In this document: piece after piece, positions 51,276-60,847 of the stretch
Numbering within the stretch: the stretch's first letter is position 1
Layout: every line of letters starts with the position of its first letter
Source: Alphaproteobacteria bacterium
Lineage (GTDB): Bacteria; Pseudomonadota; Alphaproteobacteria; SP197
NCBI GenBank assembly: GCA_965228895.1
Contig: OZ245842.1
Coordinates: 4,448,001-4,512,000, forward strand
Length of the DNA stretch: 64,000 bases
Direction: 5' to 3'
The notes under the pieces: model-generated
Databases searched by the model: none
Seen by the model: only the letters and a program-made list of their open reading frames with translations
What the model was told of the DNA's origin: nothing
Translations under genes and position numbers: made by a program

Positions 51276-52357
51276 ACCCGTCGCGTTTGATCGAACCGGA
51301 TGAACTGGAGCCGCTTGCCACCGGCGCCTGGATTCTGGGCGCGGGCGGCGGTGGTTCACCCTATGACGGTTACCTCAATCTCAGGCGGCTCTACCGGAAC
51401 GGCGCTCAGGTGGAACTCCTGGACCCCATGGCGCTCGACGATGACGATCTGGTCGCTGTCGTGTCGACCATGGGCGCGCCGCTGGTTGGCCAGGAACGCC
51501 TTGCCGATCCCGCCCTGTCGGTCAAACCGGTCGTCGCCATGCAGGACTATCTGGGGCGAACTTTCCGTGCGGTCATGCCGGTTGAAATCGGCGGCGGCAA
51601 CGGGCTGGAGCCGATGCTTGTCGCGTCCCAGCTCGATATCCCGGTGGTCGACGCCGACGCCATGGGCCGCGCGTTCCCGGAAGCCCAGATGACCAGCTTC
51701 GCCATTCATGGCCTTAAGATGTACCCAATGGCGCTGGGCGATATCCGGGGCAACGCCGTGATCGTCCAGAAAGCCGAAAACCCGAAATGGGTCGAACGCA
51801 CCAGCCGCGCCGTCTGCACCGCGCTGGGCAGCACCGCGCCAACCGCCAAGGCGCCGCGCACCGGCCGCGAGGTGAAGGACTGCGGCATCCTCTATTCGGT
51901 GACCCGCGCCATCAACCTGGGCCGCACGGTCCACGACGCGCGCGAGCGACATGTCGATCCCGTCACTGCCGTTCTGGACGGCGAAGGTGGCGCGTTGATG
52001 TTCACCGGCAAGATCCAGGACGTCGATCGGCGGACGACAGCCGGTTTCCTGCGTGGGTCGGCGCGCCTTGAAGGGCTCGACGGCGATCACGGCGCGACGT
52101 TCGAGGTCGACTTCCAGAACGAATACCTGATCGGCCGGCGCGACGGTCAGCCGACCGTCATGGTGCCGGACATCATCTGTCTGATGGATAGCGAGACCGG
52201 CGAAGCGGTGGGAACGGAGACCCTGCGTTACGGCCAGCGTATCGCCGTCATCGCGCTGCCGGCGCCACCGGTCCTCTCAACGCCGGACGGCCTGGCGCTG
52301 GTCGGCCCGCGCGCCTTCAACTACGACATCGACTACCGCCCGGCATTCAACGCCTGA
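51272..52357 (+). CDS. DUF917-family protein
   Basis: GAWILGAGGGG, MGAP, EIGGGNG, VDADAMGRAFPE.QM, QNEYL, VPDII, TETLRYGQR. Confidence 0.88.
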   Translation: MNPSRLIEPDELEPLATGAWILGAGGGGSPYDGYLNLRRLYRNGAQVELLDPMALDDDDLVAVVSTMGAPLVGQERLADPALSVKPVVAMQDYLGRTFRAVMPVEIGGGNGLEPMLVASQLDIPVVDADAMGRAFPEAQMTSFAIHGLKMYPMALGDIRGNAVIVQKAENPKWVERTSRAVCTALGSTAPTAKAPRTGREVKDCGILYSVTRAINLGRTVHDARERHVDPVTAVLDGEGGALMFTGKIQDVDRRTTAGFLRGSARLEGLDGDHGATFEVDFQNEYLIGRRDGQPTVMVPDIICLMDSETGEAVGTETLRYGQRIAVIALPAPPVLSTPDGLALVGPRAFNYDIDYRPAFNA

Positions 52358-52542
52358 CAAGCCATCTCGGCCGCGCGCTGTGGTGCGGCCTCACGAACGC
52401 CGAGCAAGCCTTTGACGGGAGTCCGTTCGATCGATGCATCGACCGATCACCAAAACGTATGGAATTTCTTGATCACCGTATTTTTTTCGGTATTTATGAA
52501 ATCTAGAGACTCGGAAGTTTCTGTTTGGAGGCGGCGGCAAAG

Positions 52543-53157
52543 TTGAGCAAACGGACGGCAAGCGTGCCAAAACAAACGCCTGTCGAACGCGACGGCATCG
52601 ATGACCCAGCGGCGCTCTATGCCATCGGCGGCATGATCCGCCAGCGCCGGAGGGAACTGGGACAGACCCTTGAGCACGTCGCCTCGTCAGCCGGCATCGG
52701 CATCGGTTTCCTTAGCGACATCGAACGCAACAAGGCATCGCCATCCGTGGCGACACTCTTCAAGATCTGCGACGTCTTGGGTATCTCCATCGGTTCGCTC
52801 TTCAAGAGTGAGCAGTCCTTTCTCGTGCGCGCCGGTGAACGCGAGACCATGCGTTATGGCGGGCAGGACATTCTTTTCGAGTTGCTGAACGCGCGCCAGT
52901 CGCGATCGATCGCGGCGGTGCTCGGCCAGTTGGAGCCGAACGGCATGTCAGGCGAGGATCTGCATGTCTTGGATAGCGAGGAGGAGTTTGTCTTCGTCAT
53001 CGAAGGCGAGTTGGTGTGGGAGTTCGAGGACGAGACCCTGCACCTGAAAGAAGGCGATGCCCTGACGGTCAACCCGAACCGGCGGCATCGTTACTACAAC
53101 CCGTCTCCGGATAAGATTTGCCGCGCCCTCTGCATCATCTCACCACCGCCGAGGTGA
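52543..53157 (+). CDS. XRE-family HTH plus cupin transcriptional regulator
   Basis: IRQRRRELGQTL...FLSDIERNKASPSVATL; EEFVFVIEG...L..GD...H.Y.N. Start uncertain. Confidence 0.9.
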   Translation: MSKRTASVPKQTPVERDGIDDPAALYAIGGMIRQRRRELGQTLEHVASSAGIGIGFLSDIERNKASPSVATLFKICDVLGISIGSLFKSEQSFLVRAGERETMRYGGQDILFELLNARQSRSIAAVLGQLEPNGMSGEDLHVLDSEEEFVFVIEGELVWEFEDETLHLKEGDALTVNPNRRHRYYNPSPDKICRALCIISPPPR

Positions 53158-53163
53158 ACGTAA

Positions 53164-54639
53164 ATGCCTCACCCGCAGAACCGTCTGCCCCAGGTTTCCC
53201 GCGAGCCCGTCACGGTCTTGTGGAATGGCAAACACGTGCCCGGCCTCAAGGGCGACACCCTTGCCGCAACGCTCTATGGCCATGGCATTCGCGCGGTGGC
53301 GAGGTCGCGGAAGTTCCATCAGCCGCGAGGGTTGTCGGGAAGTTTTGTCGCCGGTCACCTGGCAACGGTGGACGGCGTTCCACACTGCCGCCTTGACCGT
53401 ACCGCCACAGCGGAGGGCCAACGGGTCGATCTCGAGAACGTCTGGCCGTCCGCCCGGTTCGACCTCATGTCCCTGGCACGATTTCTCCCGCGAAAGATGG
53501 TGCGCGCGGGTTTCGAACATCCGCGCTGCATACCCGACGGCTCGTTCGCATGGAAGATCTGGGAGCGAACGCTATGGCAGATGGCAGGTGAAGCGGATGC
53601 ACCGGCTCCTTCGAGCGCCAGCGAGACTTTGGCCAGGCATCTGAAGGCCGACACCCTGGTGATCGGCGGCGGACCAGCGGGCATAAAGGCCGCGACATCC
53701 GCATCTGGCAGCGTGGTTCTGGTGACCCGGTCCAGGGAACTCGGCGGGATGGCGTTTGGCGCCGACAACACGTACCCGCCTCTACCGGAAACCGTGACCG
53801 TCCTGACCAACCACGAAGTCTACGCTTTGTTCGACGAGGCCCGAATCGCCATGGCCGCGCCCAACAACCCGCGGGAACCGTGCGTTCTCATCGAAGCCGA
53901 CAAGGTTATCCTCGCGACCGGCACCTGCTCGACGCCGCCGCTGGTGGCTGGTGCGGCTCTGCCCGGCGTTCTCGATGCGCGGACGGCATTACATCTTGCG
54001 GCGCGCTACGGCGTGCCTCCCGGCAAGCGCACCGTGGTCATCGGCACGGCGCGCGGCGGAGCCGTCGCGGAGCGGCTGGTCGCACTGGGATGCGACATCA
54101 TCGACGTCATCGATGTTGCAGATGTCGACCGCATCGACGGACGCGACTGCGTTTCGGCGGTCCGCGCCGGCGGACGAAGCATAGCCTGCGACGCGGTCGT
54201 TCACGCCAGCCCATGGCGCGCCGATCCCACCTTGCCGTTTCAGGCATGCGCCGATGGCGAGCTTCGGTTGGCCGCCGGCAACCTGCCCGGCCATGTCTCC
54301 CAAGTCGGCGCCTGTAGCGAACCGGATGAGGCCGTCTCGTTTGGCCGCGCCCTAAGTCGAGACGCCCTTGTCTGCCCGTGCATGGACGTGACTGTCGACG
54401 AAATCCTGGACCTGATCGATCGCGGTATCGGTCATGTGGAGGAGCTGAAACGGCGCTCGACCTGCGGAATGGGTACCTGCCAGGGGGTGCCATGCTGGAG
54501 TTATCTGGGCGCCGTCCTTGCCGATGCGACCGGGCGGTCCCTCGACGACATCGGCCATCCGACCTATCGGCCGCCCCGCGCGGCATTGACCGTGGGACAG
54601 GCGGCCGGGTTGGCGGAAATCACGGAGGTCGAACCATGA
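53164..54639 (+). CDS. Sarcosine oxidase alpha / opine oxidase-like subunit (short form)
   Basis: GDTLAATL...RSRKFHQPRG, IGGGPAG, ILATG, C-terminal CPCMDV...ELKRR.TCGMGTCQG..C and RPP. Confidence 0.8.
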   Translation: MPHPQNRLPQVSREPVTVLWNGKHVPGLKGDTLAATLYGHGIRAVARSRKFHQPRGLSGSFVAGHLATVDGVPHCRLDRTATAEGQRVDLENVWPSARFDLMSLARFLPRKMVRAGFEHPRCIPDGSFAWKIWERTLWQMAGEADAPAPSSASETLARHLKADTLVIGGGPAGIKAATSASGSVVLVTRSRELGGMAFGADNTYPPLPETVTVLTNHEVYALFDEARIAMAAPNNPREPCVLIEADKVILATGTCSTPPLVAGAALPGVLDARTALHLAARYGVPPGKRTVVIGTARGGAVAERLVALGCDIIDVIDVADVDRIDGRDCVSAVRAGGRSIACDAVVHASPWRADPTLPFQACADGELRLAAGNLPGHVSQVGACSEPDEAVSFGRALSRDALVCPCMDVTVDEILDLIDRGIGHVEELKRRSTCGMGTCQGVPCWSYLGAVLADATGRSLDDIGHPTYRPPRAALTVGQAAGLAEITEVEP

Positions 54640-55805
54640 GCCTGCCGAACCGCAGTGAGATCGTTGTCGTCGGCGCCGGCATTCAAGGACTTTTGCTTGC
54701 CTTCAATCTCGCGGATCGTGGCAAGACGGATGTCCTCGTTCTGGACGCGGGCTACTGGCAGGGCGGTTCATCGGGACGAAATGGCACGCTCGTGCGCGGC
54801 GGTTTTTCGTCGCCCGAATGGACAGGGCTGTTCCAGCACTCGGTCGAACAGTGGAAGGGCCTTTCCTCGCGCCTGCGCCGCAACGTCATGTTTACCCGCC
54901 GGGGATACACCATCATCGCGGAATCCGATAAGACGCGCACGATGCTGGATGGCGCCTTCGACACGCAGAAGGCGCTGGGTGTCAAATCGGAGATGCTGAC
55001 GGAACGACGCCTGAGAGATCTTCTGCCGGCGATCCAACACGGCCGCATCAAAGGCGCCATTCATCTCGCTGAGGGCGGGACCGCGCCGCATCATGCCGTC
55101 ATGAAGGCGGCGTTGGACGCGGCGCGGGAAAAGAGTGTCCAAATTCATTATCAAACGGCGGTGACGGGTATCGAGACGACGGCGGGCAGGGTATCCGCCG
55201 TGTTGGTCGGCGATCAGCGGATCGAGTCCGACCTGACCGTCATCGCCGCCGGCGGCTTCTCCACCGACCTCGCCCGGATGGCGGGCGTGGACCTCGACGC
55301 CATGCCTTTCCGTATCGAGGCGGCCGCGACCGAACCGCTGCGGCCCTTGATCTATCCGGCGATCGCCCTGATCGATCGCTTGACCTATCTCCATCAAACC
55401 GCGCGCGGTGAAATCGTCGGCGGCAGCGAATTGCCGGGTGAGCGTGGCAAGCGCAATCTCAAATCCACCGCCTATGTCTTGCCGCGTTACGCCAAGCATC
55501 TCCTGGAGATGTTCCCGCAACTACGCGACATTCGTATCCTGCGGCAGTGGTCCGGCCTTCTCCATCCGGCACCCGACGGCGGACCGCTGCTGGGAGTCCA
55601 TCCTGATATCCGTGACCTCTGGTTCTCGGCAGGATGGACATACGGAATCGCGGGCGCGCCAGGCGCGGCGGACCTGTTGTCGAAGGCCATGCTGACGGGC
55701 AAGGTCGACAGCCGGATGGCTGCCTTCTCGGTCGATCGTTTTCGGCGCGGAAAGCCTTGCCTGGAAGCGTCCGCCGTCATCGACAACGCCAGCGTGGCGG
55801 CGTGA
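54636..55805 (+). CDS. FAD-dependent oxidoreductase, sarcosine oxidase beta / D-amino acid oxidase-like
   Basis: VVGAGIQG, GSSGRNG, TEPL, YLHQT.RG, ILRQWSG, PDGGPLLG. ATGA overlap with the upstream gene. Confidence 0.85.
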   Translation: MSLPNRSEIVVVGAGIQGLLLAFNLADRGKTDVLVLDAGYWQGGSSGRNGTLVRGGFSSPEWTGLFQHSVEQWKGLSSRLRRNVMFTRRGYTIIAESDKTRTMLDGAFDTQKALGVKSEMLTERRLRDLLPAIQHGRIKGAIHLAEGGTAPHHAVMKAALDAAREKSVQIHYQTAVTGIETTAGRVSAVLVGDQRIESDLTVIAAGGFSTDLARMAGVDLDAMPFRIEAAATEPLRPLIYPAIALIDRLTYLHQTARGEIVGGSELPGERGKRNLKSTAYVLPRYAKHLLEMFPQLRDIRILRQWSGLLHPAPDGGPLLGVHPDIRDLWFSAGWTYGIAGAPGAADLLSKAMLTGKVDSRMAAFSVDRFRRGKPCLEASAVIDNASVAA

Positions 55806-55839
55806 CCTCGTAGCGTTTTCGATTTAGACACGGCCTCGA

Positions 55840-55955
55840 TTACGGAATCTTCGAGCCACGGGCCTCGCGCACGCTTTCGCCGAGGCGGGCGATGCCGGCT
55901 TCGATCTCCTCGAGCGTGAGGTAACCAAACGCCAGGCGAATGAAGGAGCCGGCGT
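55840..55955 (-). pseudogene. Diverged duplicate of the 3' end of the neighbouring aminotransferase
   Basis: AGSFIRLAFGYLTLEEIEAGIARLGESVREARGS versus AGPFIRLAFGYPTVDEIEAGIARLGESVRQARGS; ungapped alignment of 55855-55955 with 56881-56981. Confidence 0.88.
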
Positions 55956-56251
55956 TGACGTGACGCTTGAGATTGAGGAAGGCGCCTTCCACGTCTGGCA
56001 TCACGCCGCGCCCGTGGTGCCCGAGGCACAGTCGGCGATATCGCGCATCGGCGCCTTTGTTTTGAAACACACGAGCTGATCGCCAATCCTGAGAAACCTG
56101 ACGAGGAGAACGCGGTTGTTGCTGCGAACCACTGGGCACCCACTCAACAACAGCTTGTGGCTACAAGCGGCCCTCCGCGTCGAACCGGAAGGATGTCCGC
56201 CTTCCACCCAAACGCTGACACCGTGGACCCGCTCTAGGACCACTATTGACC

Positions 56252-56725
56252 CTACGCGGACGTGTGCTCGTCGAGTGCTTTCGTCATCAGGACGAAAGGG
56301 CCCTCAGGGTACGATTGGAATTCGACAAACTCATATCCGAGAGCCTCGTAGAATGGCCGCGCGGTAACTGAGGAATGAACCATCAATTCTGAGATCGCAT
56401 TTTGTCGCGCGATCTCTTCAATCTCGGCAACAAGTACTTTCCCCAACCCTTGTCTCTGATAGGTGGGCTCTATGAACATCGAACGCAGATAGTCACGTCT
56501 TAGCCCCGCCGTGCCAACAAGGTCGACTCCTACAAAGCCAAGAAGAATGTGTTCATTTGCAATTCTTTCAGCGACCGGCTCCGGCTCAAAAATTGAGCAC
56601 AACAAGTCAATTGACTGTTGATCGTAATCTTTGGAATTCGACACGCGAATAGTACGCCGGATCAGTCCACTAAGCGGAACCGCATCGGCATCCGTTGCTT
56701 TGCGAATTTCGATCGGCTTCATCAC
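56252..56725 (-). CDS. GNAT N-acetyltransferase (visibly lower GC)
   Basis: IRKAT..D, MFIEPTYQRQGLGK, SSVTARPFYEALGY. Confidence 0.88.
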   Translation of the reverse strand: MMKPIEIRKATDADAVPLSGLIRRTIRVSNSKDYDQQSIDLLCSIFEPEPVAERIANEHILLGFVGVDLVGTAGLRRDYLRSMFIEPTYQRQGLGKVLVAEIEEIARQNAISELMVHSSVTARPFYEALGYEFVEFQSYPEGPFVLMTKALDEHTSA

Positions 56726-56865
56726 GGCAACTGTATCCGGTCAAATGCGACGTCCGCAATCGGCCATCCTCCGGCAGGCGGAGCCACAATCGGGACGTCC
56801 GGGTTGCTCCGACCAGCGGGCATCATGGTCCGTCGGGCCGCACGCTCAGTTGATGAGTACGCACC

Positions 56866-57990
56866 TTAAAGCGTTGCAGAACCACGCGCCTGCCGCACGC
56901 TCTCGCCAAGACGGGCGATGCCGGCCTCGATTTCGTCGACGGTCGGGTAGCCGAAGGCCAGGCGAATGAACGGGCCGGCGTCGTTACGGATATGGAAGTC
57001 CGATCCGTGGGCGATGCTGACCTCGTTTTCCTCCGCGATCTCCTGCACGCGGCCGGGATCGACGTCGTCCGGCAAGCGCACCCAGATGAAGAGGCCGCCG
57101 GGCGGATGGGAGAACGAACATTCGTTGCCGAGATGCCGGTTAAGCGCATTCAGCATGGTGTCGCGCTTTTGCTTGAGCGCATCGTTGGCCATCTCGACAT
57201 GCTGCCAGAGCTTGTCATGCAGATATTCGTAGGTGATGGCCGCCGCGAGCGTATTGGGACCGGCGTCGTGGCGGCGCGCCAAGACCCGTTCCAGGAGCGC
57301 CGGCGACGCGGTCAGATAACCGAGCCGGACACCGGGCGCGAAGATCTTGGAAAGCGAACACAGGTAAATGTGCCGGGGATCGTCGTCGAGGGCGTAGAGC
57401 GCCGGCTGTTTGTCGCCGTCGAAATGCACATCGCCATAGCAGTTGTCTTCGACGACGATGCAATCGTAACGCCGTGCGAGCTCGATCAGCTTCAGCCGCC
57501 GCTCGCGCGACATGACCGCGCCGGTCGGGTTTTGGTATGTCGCGAGCGTGTAGATGAAGGGCGTTGGGCGACCCTCCTGGGCCAACCGCTCCAACGTCTC
57601 CGCCAGAGCATCCATGCGCATGCCCTCCTCATCGAGTGGCACGCCGACCATTTCGATGCCCATGGCATCAAAGGCCCTGATGCTGCCGACATAGGAGTAT
57701 TCCTCCATCACGACGAGGTCGTTGCCCTGGCTCGCGACTTCGGCGGCCAGCGTCACCGCCTGCATCGAGCCGTTGGTCAGGACGATGTGATCGGGATCGA
57801 TACGCACGCCCTCACGGTCGAACTCGCGCTCGGCCATCAGCCGGCGCATGCCTTCATGACCGAGCTTCCCGGGGTATTGGTTGAGATCCGCGGCCATGGT
57901 CGGCAGAACGCGGGCCGCCGCCTCGCCGAAGGCGTCGGCCGGAAAGGTCTCAGGGTTCGTGTTGCCGGTAGCGAAACTGAAACGGATCAC
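56866..57990 (-). CDS. PLP-dependent aminotransferase class I/II (LysN/MocR-like, no HTH)
   Basis: TNGSMQA, YQNPTG, VEDNCY, SLSKIFAPGVRLG, PPGGLFIW, IRLAF. GTG 57990 after GGGAG. Confidence 0.9.
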   Translation of the reverse strand: MIRFSFATGNTNPETFPADAFGEAAARVLPTMAADLNQYPGKLGHEGMRRLMAEREFDREGVRIDPDHIVLTNGSMQAVTLAAEVASQGNDLVVMEEYSYVGSIRAFDAMGIEMVGVPLDEEGMRMDALAETLERLAQEGRPTPFIYTLATYQNPTGAVMSRERRLKLIELARRYDCIVVEDNCYGDVHFDGDKQPALYALDDDPRHIYLCSLSKIFAPGVRLGYLTASPALLERVLARRHDAGPNTLAAAITYEYLHDKLWQHVEMANDALKQKRDTMLNALNRHLGNECSFSHPPGGLFIWVRLPDDVDPGRVQEIAEENEVSIAHGSDFHIRNDAGPFIRLAFGYPTVDEIEAGIARLGESVRQARGSATL

Positions 57991-58006
57991 GGCGTGATGT
58001 CTCCCG

Positions 58007-58143
58007 TAGAGCGGATCATGGTTAGGTGGAACCGTTTGACGGTCCCATCTAACCATGTGAATTCGCTCTCATCTATGAGAAGAGCAGATTCACCTCCTCC
58101 GACGGAATCGCGAAGCGATTCCGTCAAAACAGGATCTGCTCTT
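58007..58143. repeat. Multi-hairpin palindromic element, copy B (inverted relative to 18465-18602)
   Basis: TAGAGCGGATCATGGTTAG...CCATCTAACCATGTGAATTCGCTCT...AGAGCAGATTCAC...GACGGAATCGCGAAGCGATTCCGTC...GATCTGCTCTT. Confidence 0.9.
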
Positions 58144-58248
58144 GGACGAAGATTCATACTGGCATTGTCGCGGCGACTCAGCTAGCGATGCCTTCCGCTG
58201 CTGGTGGACCAGCTTTCTTTTGCCAGACCCGCGAATGGAGATGACGTG

Positions 58249-59160
58249 ATGAAAGTCGGCTATATCGGGCTTGGCGTCATGGGCGGGCCCATGGCGCTCA
58301 ACATCGCCAAAGCCGGGTTCGACCTGGTGGTGAACGATATCGATCGCGCCAAGGCCGAACCACAGACCGACGCCGGCGCGGTCTGGGCATCGACGCCGCG
58401 TGAGGTTGCCGAGGCCGCCGACATCATCCTGACATCGGTGCCCGGCCCGCCCCAGGTCGCCGCCGTCGCCGATGGTCCTGACGGCCTGTTGGCCGGCCTA
58501 AGCGATGGCAAAGTCTGGGCGGACATGACGACCAACCGGCCGTCCTTCGTCCGCGAGCTCGGCGACAAGGTGGCCGCCAGGGGTGCCGACATGCTGGACG
58601 CACCGGTGACCGGCGCGGTCGACGGCGCGCGGCGCGGCGAACTCACCATCTTTGTCGGCGGCGAGGCGGAAATCCTGGCCCGTTGCCAACCGATCTTCGA
58701 TGTCATGGGCAAGACCGTCGCAAGCGGCAAGCTTGGCGACGGCAATGTCGTCAAGCTGATCACCAACCAGCTTTGGTTCACCCATGCTCGTATCCTGGGC
58801 GAAGGTCTGGCGCTCGGCGCCAAGGCAGGCGTTGACATCCTGGTCCTGTGGGAAGCGATCAAGGCCAGCGTCGGCGACAGTTTTGTCGCCCACCACGATG
58901 CGCCCTCCATCTTCGCCGGTCACTACGATCCCTCGTTCTCGGTCGCGCTGTGCCTGAAAGACCTCGGGCTGACGACCGAGCTGGCGCGCGACATCGGCGT
59001 TCCCGTCGCGTTGACGGAAAAGGTCGAGGAACTCTTCGGCGACGCGAAGACAGCCTATGGCGGCGACGCGCCGGAGTTGACCGTCGTCAAACTGGTCGAG
59101 GACGCCGCCGGTGTCAGCCTGCGCGCCGAGGGTGACTGGGTACCGCATTGGGAGAAATGA
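58249..59160 (+). CDS. NAD(P)-dependent 3-hydroxyisobutyrate dehydrogenase family oxidoreductase
   Basis: GYIGLGVMGGPMA.N, LDAPVTG, VKLITNQL, KDL.L. Confidence 0.92.
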   Translation: MKVGYIGLGVMGGPMALNIAKAGFDLVVNDIDRAKAEPQTDAGAVWASTPREVAEAADIILTSVPGPPQVAAVADGPDGLLAGLSDGKVWADMTTNRPSFVRELGDKVAARGADMLDAPVTGAVDGARRGELTIFVGGEAEILARCQPIFDVMGKTVASGKLGDGNVVKLITNQLWFTHARILGEGLALGAKAGVDILVLWEAIKASVGDSFVAHHDAPSIFAGHYDPSFSVALCLKDLGLTTELARDIGVPVALTEKVEELFGDAKTAYGGDAPELTVVKLVEDAAGVSLRAEGDWVPHWEK

Positions 59161-59170
59161 ACACAACACC

Positions 59171-59674
59171 ATGTCCGGCAAACACGCCCTTGAACTGCGC
59201 CATGTCGATATCAACAACTTCCGCGATGTCGGCCAGCTGAAGGTCGGCAAAAAACAAGCACGCTTCGTATGGAGCGGCGGCAGTCCCGTGGTCAACTGGC
59301 AGATCCTGGCTGACGCCGCCTATATCCCCGACTGCGAGCCGCGCGCGGCTTACGTAAAGAACAAGCTGGTCGGTCTCGTCGTGTGGTGCCGGCACCATCC
59401 CGGCGGCCGTTTTCTTGAACCGGCCATTCCCGGCGAATATGCCATCGATCACGTGATGATCGACAAGCGCCACCAAGGAAAGGGATTCGGCCGCCAACTC
59501 ATCGACGCGATCGTCGCCGAGTTGTTGGAACAACAAGACTGCCGGCGCATCGTGTTGTCGGTCGATCCAGACAACAAGAGCGCCATCAAGCTATACAAGC
59601 GCGCGGGGTTCCGTATCTATGGCCACGACGACGACGGCGATGTCTTGATGGAGTACATTTTGGATGAACGATAG
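59171..59674 (+). CDS. GNAT N-acetyltransferase (polyamine acetyltransferase-like)
   Basis: IDHVMIDKRHQGKGFGR, LSVDPDNKSAIKLYKRAGF. Confidence 0.88.
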   Translation: MSGKHALELRHVDINNFRDVGQLKVGKKQARFVWSGGSPVVNWQILADAAYIPDCEPRAAYVKNKLVGLVVWCRHHPGGRFLEPAIPGEYAIDHVMIDKRHQGKGFGRQLIDAIVAELLEQQDCRRIVLSVDPDNKSAIKLYKRAGFRIYGHDDDGDVLMEYILDER

Positions 59675-60161
59675 CCGTCAGGGGGAACCTGACCTCCATC
59701 TGCGCGATGTCGATCTCGGCAACTACTACCCGATCATGATGCTGGAACTGGCCGACGATCAGCGCGACTACGTCTGGACCAACAGCGGGCCGCTGGCGGA
59801 AGCCGCCTATGTGCCGGGCTTCAGGCCGCGCGCGCTGTACCTGGGCAATGACCCGATCGGCCTTGGCCTTTGGGGGCCCTACTATCCCAGTTATGCCTAT
59901 GAAAGTGCGCCCGAAACCGGTGCCTACATCATCGACCACGTGATGATCGACAAACACCATCAAGGTCGGGGCTTCGGCCGTCGGCTGGTCGAAATGATGA
60001 TCGCCGAGATGCATGGCATCGCCGATTGCAAGCGCATCCTGCTCGCTGTCGATCCACGTAACGCAAACGCCATCGCGCTCTATCAAAAGCTGGGTTTCGA
60101 CGATGTCGGCCGCACCCACGAGGATGACGTCCTCATGGAACTGAAGGCAACGGCGACCTGA
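59664..60161 (+). CDS. GNAT N-acetyltransferase, paralog of the preceding gene
   Basis: IDHVMIDKHHQGRGFGR, LAVDPRNANAIALYQKLGF. Confidence 0.88.
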   Translation: MNDSRQGEPDLHLRDVDLGNYYPIMMLELADDQRDYVWTNSGPLAEAAYVPGFRPRALYLGNDPIGLGLWGPYYPSYAYESAPETGAYIIDHVMIDKHHQGRGFGRRLVEMMIAEMHGIADCKRILLAVDPRNANAIALYQKLGFDDVGRTHEDDVLMELKATAT

Positions 60162-60164
60162 CCG

Positions 60165-60818
60165 TCACCAACTGACCGACAGTGGCGTGTCCGGCCCCAG
60201 GTCGATCGACCGGCCCTGATGCCGGTGATCGAGCTCGATATGAACATGCGGCGCCATCGCAACCTCGACGCGGCACAGCTTGTGATGCGACAGCATTGTC
60301 AGGGCCGGCGAAACAGAGGGCGTGACCGTTGAGGTGACCACCACATCGCTCACAGCCTTCGCGCCGCAGGCATGACTTGGACCGCTGCCGTGAGCCGCTA
60401 GATCGGGCGGCACGACGAAGACCAGCGGCACGCCGCGCGTCGCTGGTTCATCGGCCAGCAGAATGGCCGATGGCTCGGGCAGATATGCCGGCCGATAGGG
60501 GATGTAGGGAAAGGGAACAGCGCCACCGGCTTCCGGGCCGCCACGCAACGCGATACCGAACGGCGAGGCCGCTGTTTCCCGCCACCGTGAGCGCTCATCG
60601 AGTTCCGTTGGCTGTGTCGTGGCCGAACAGACTTCCGCGCGGTCCGCCACCCACAGGAGTTCCAGATAGCCATTCTCAAAGAAGACACACCGATTGGCGG
60701 TGCCTTGTCCCGGATGATTACGCTGCGTCGAAACCGCAAAACCGGCTTCGGCCAGACGCGCCATCGCGTCTTCGTGCGCGTCGGTCAGGACGAAGATGTG
60801 ATCGAGACGATAACCCAC
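60165..60818 (-). CDS. VOC / glyoxalase-like protein
   Basis: LDHIFV, HPGQGTANRCVFFENGYLELL, PFGIALR. Confidence 0.85.
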   Translation of the reverse strand: MGYRLDHIFVLTDAHEDAMARLAEAGFAVSTQRNHPGQGTANRCVFFENGYLELLWVADRAEVCSATTQPTELDERSRWRETAASPFGIALRGGPEAGGAVPFPYIPYRPAYLPEPSAILLADEPATRGVPLVFVVPPDLAAHGSGPSHACGAKAVSDVVVTSTVTPSVSPALTMLSHHKLCRVEVAMAPHVHIELDHRHQGRSIDLGPDTPLSVSW

Positions 60819-60847
60819 AATGCCACCTCAACCGGGCGGCAGGTCGG

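Noticed and set aside
57991-58056. Palindromic element apparently translated as the aminotransferase N-terminus (RPE-like in-frame insertion)
   Set aside because: A GTG with a GGGAG RBS at 57990 lies outside the element and matches the expected family start, so the element is more simply intergenic.
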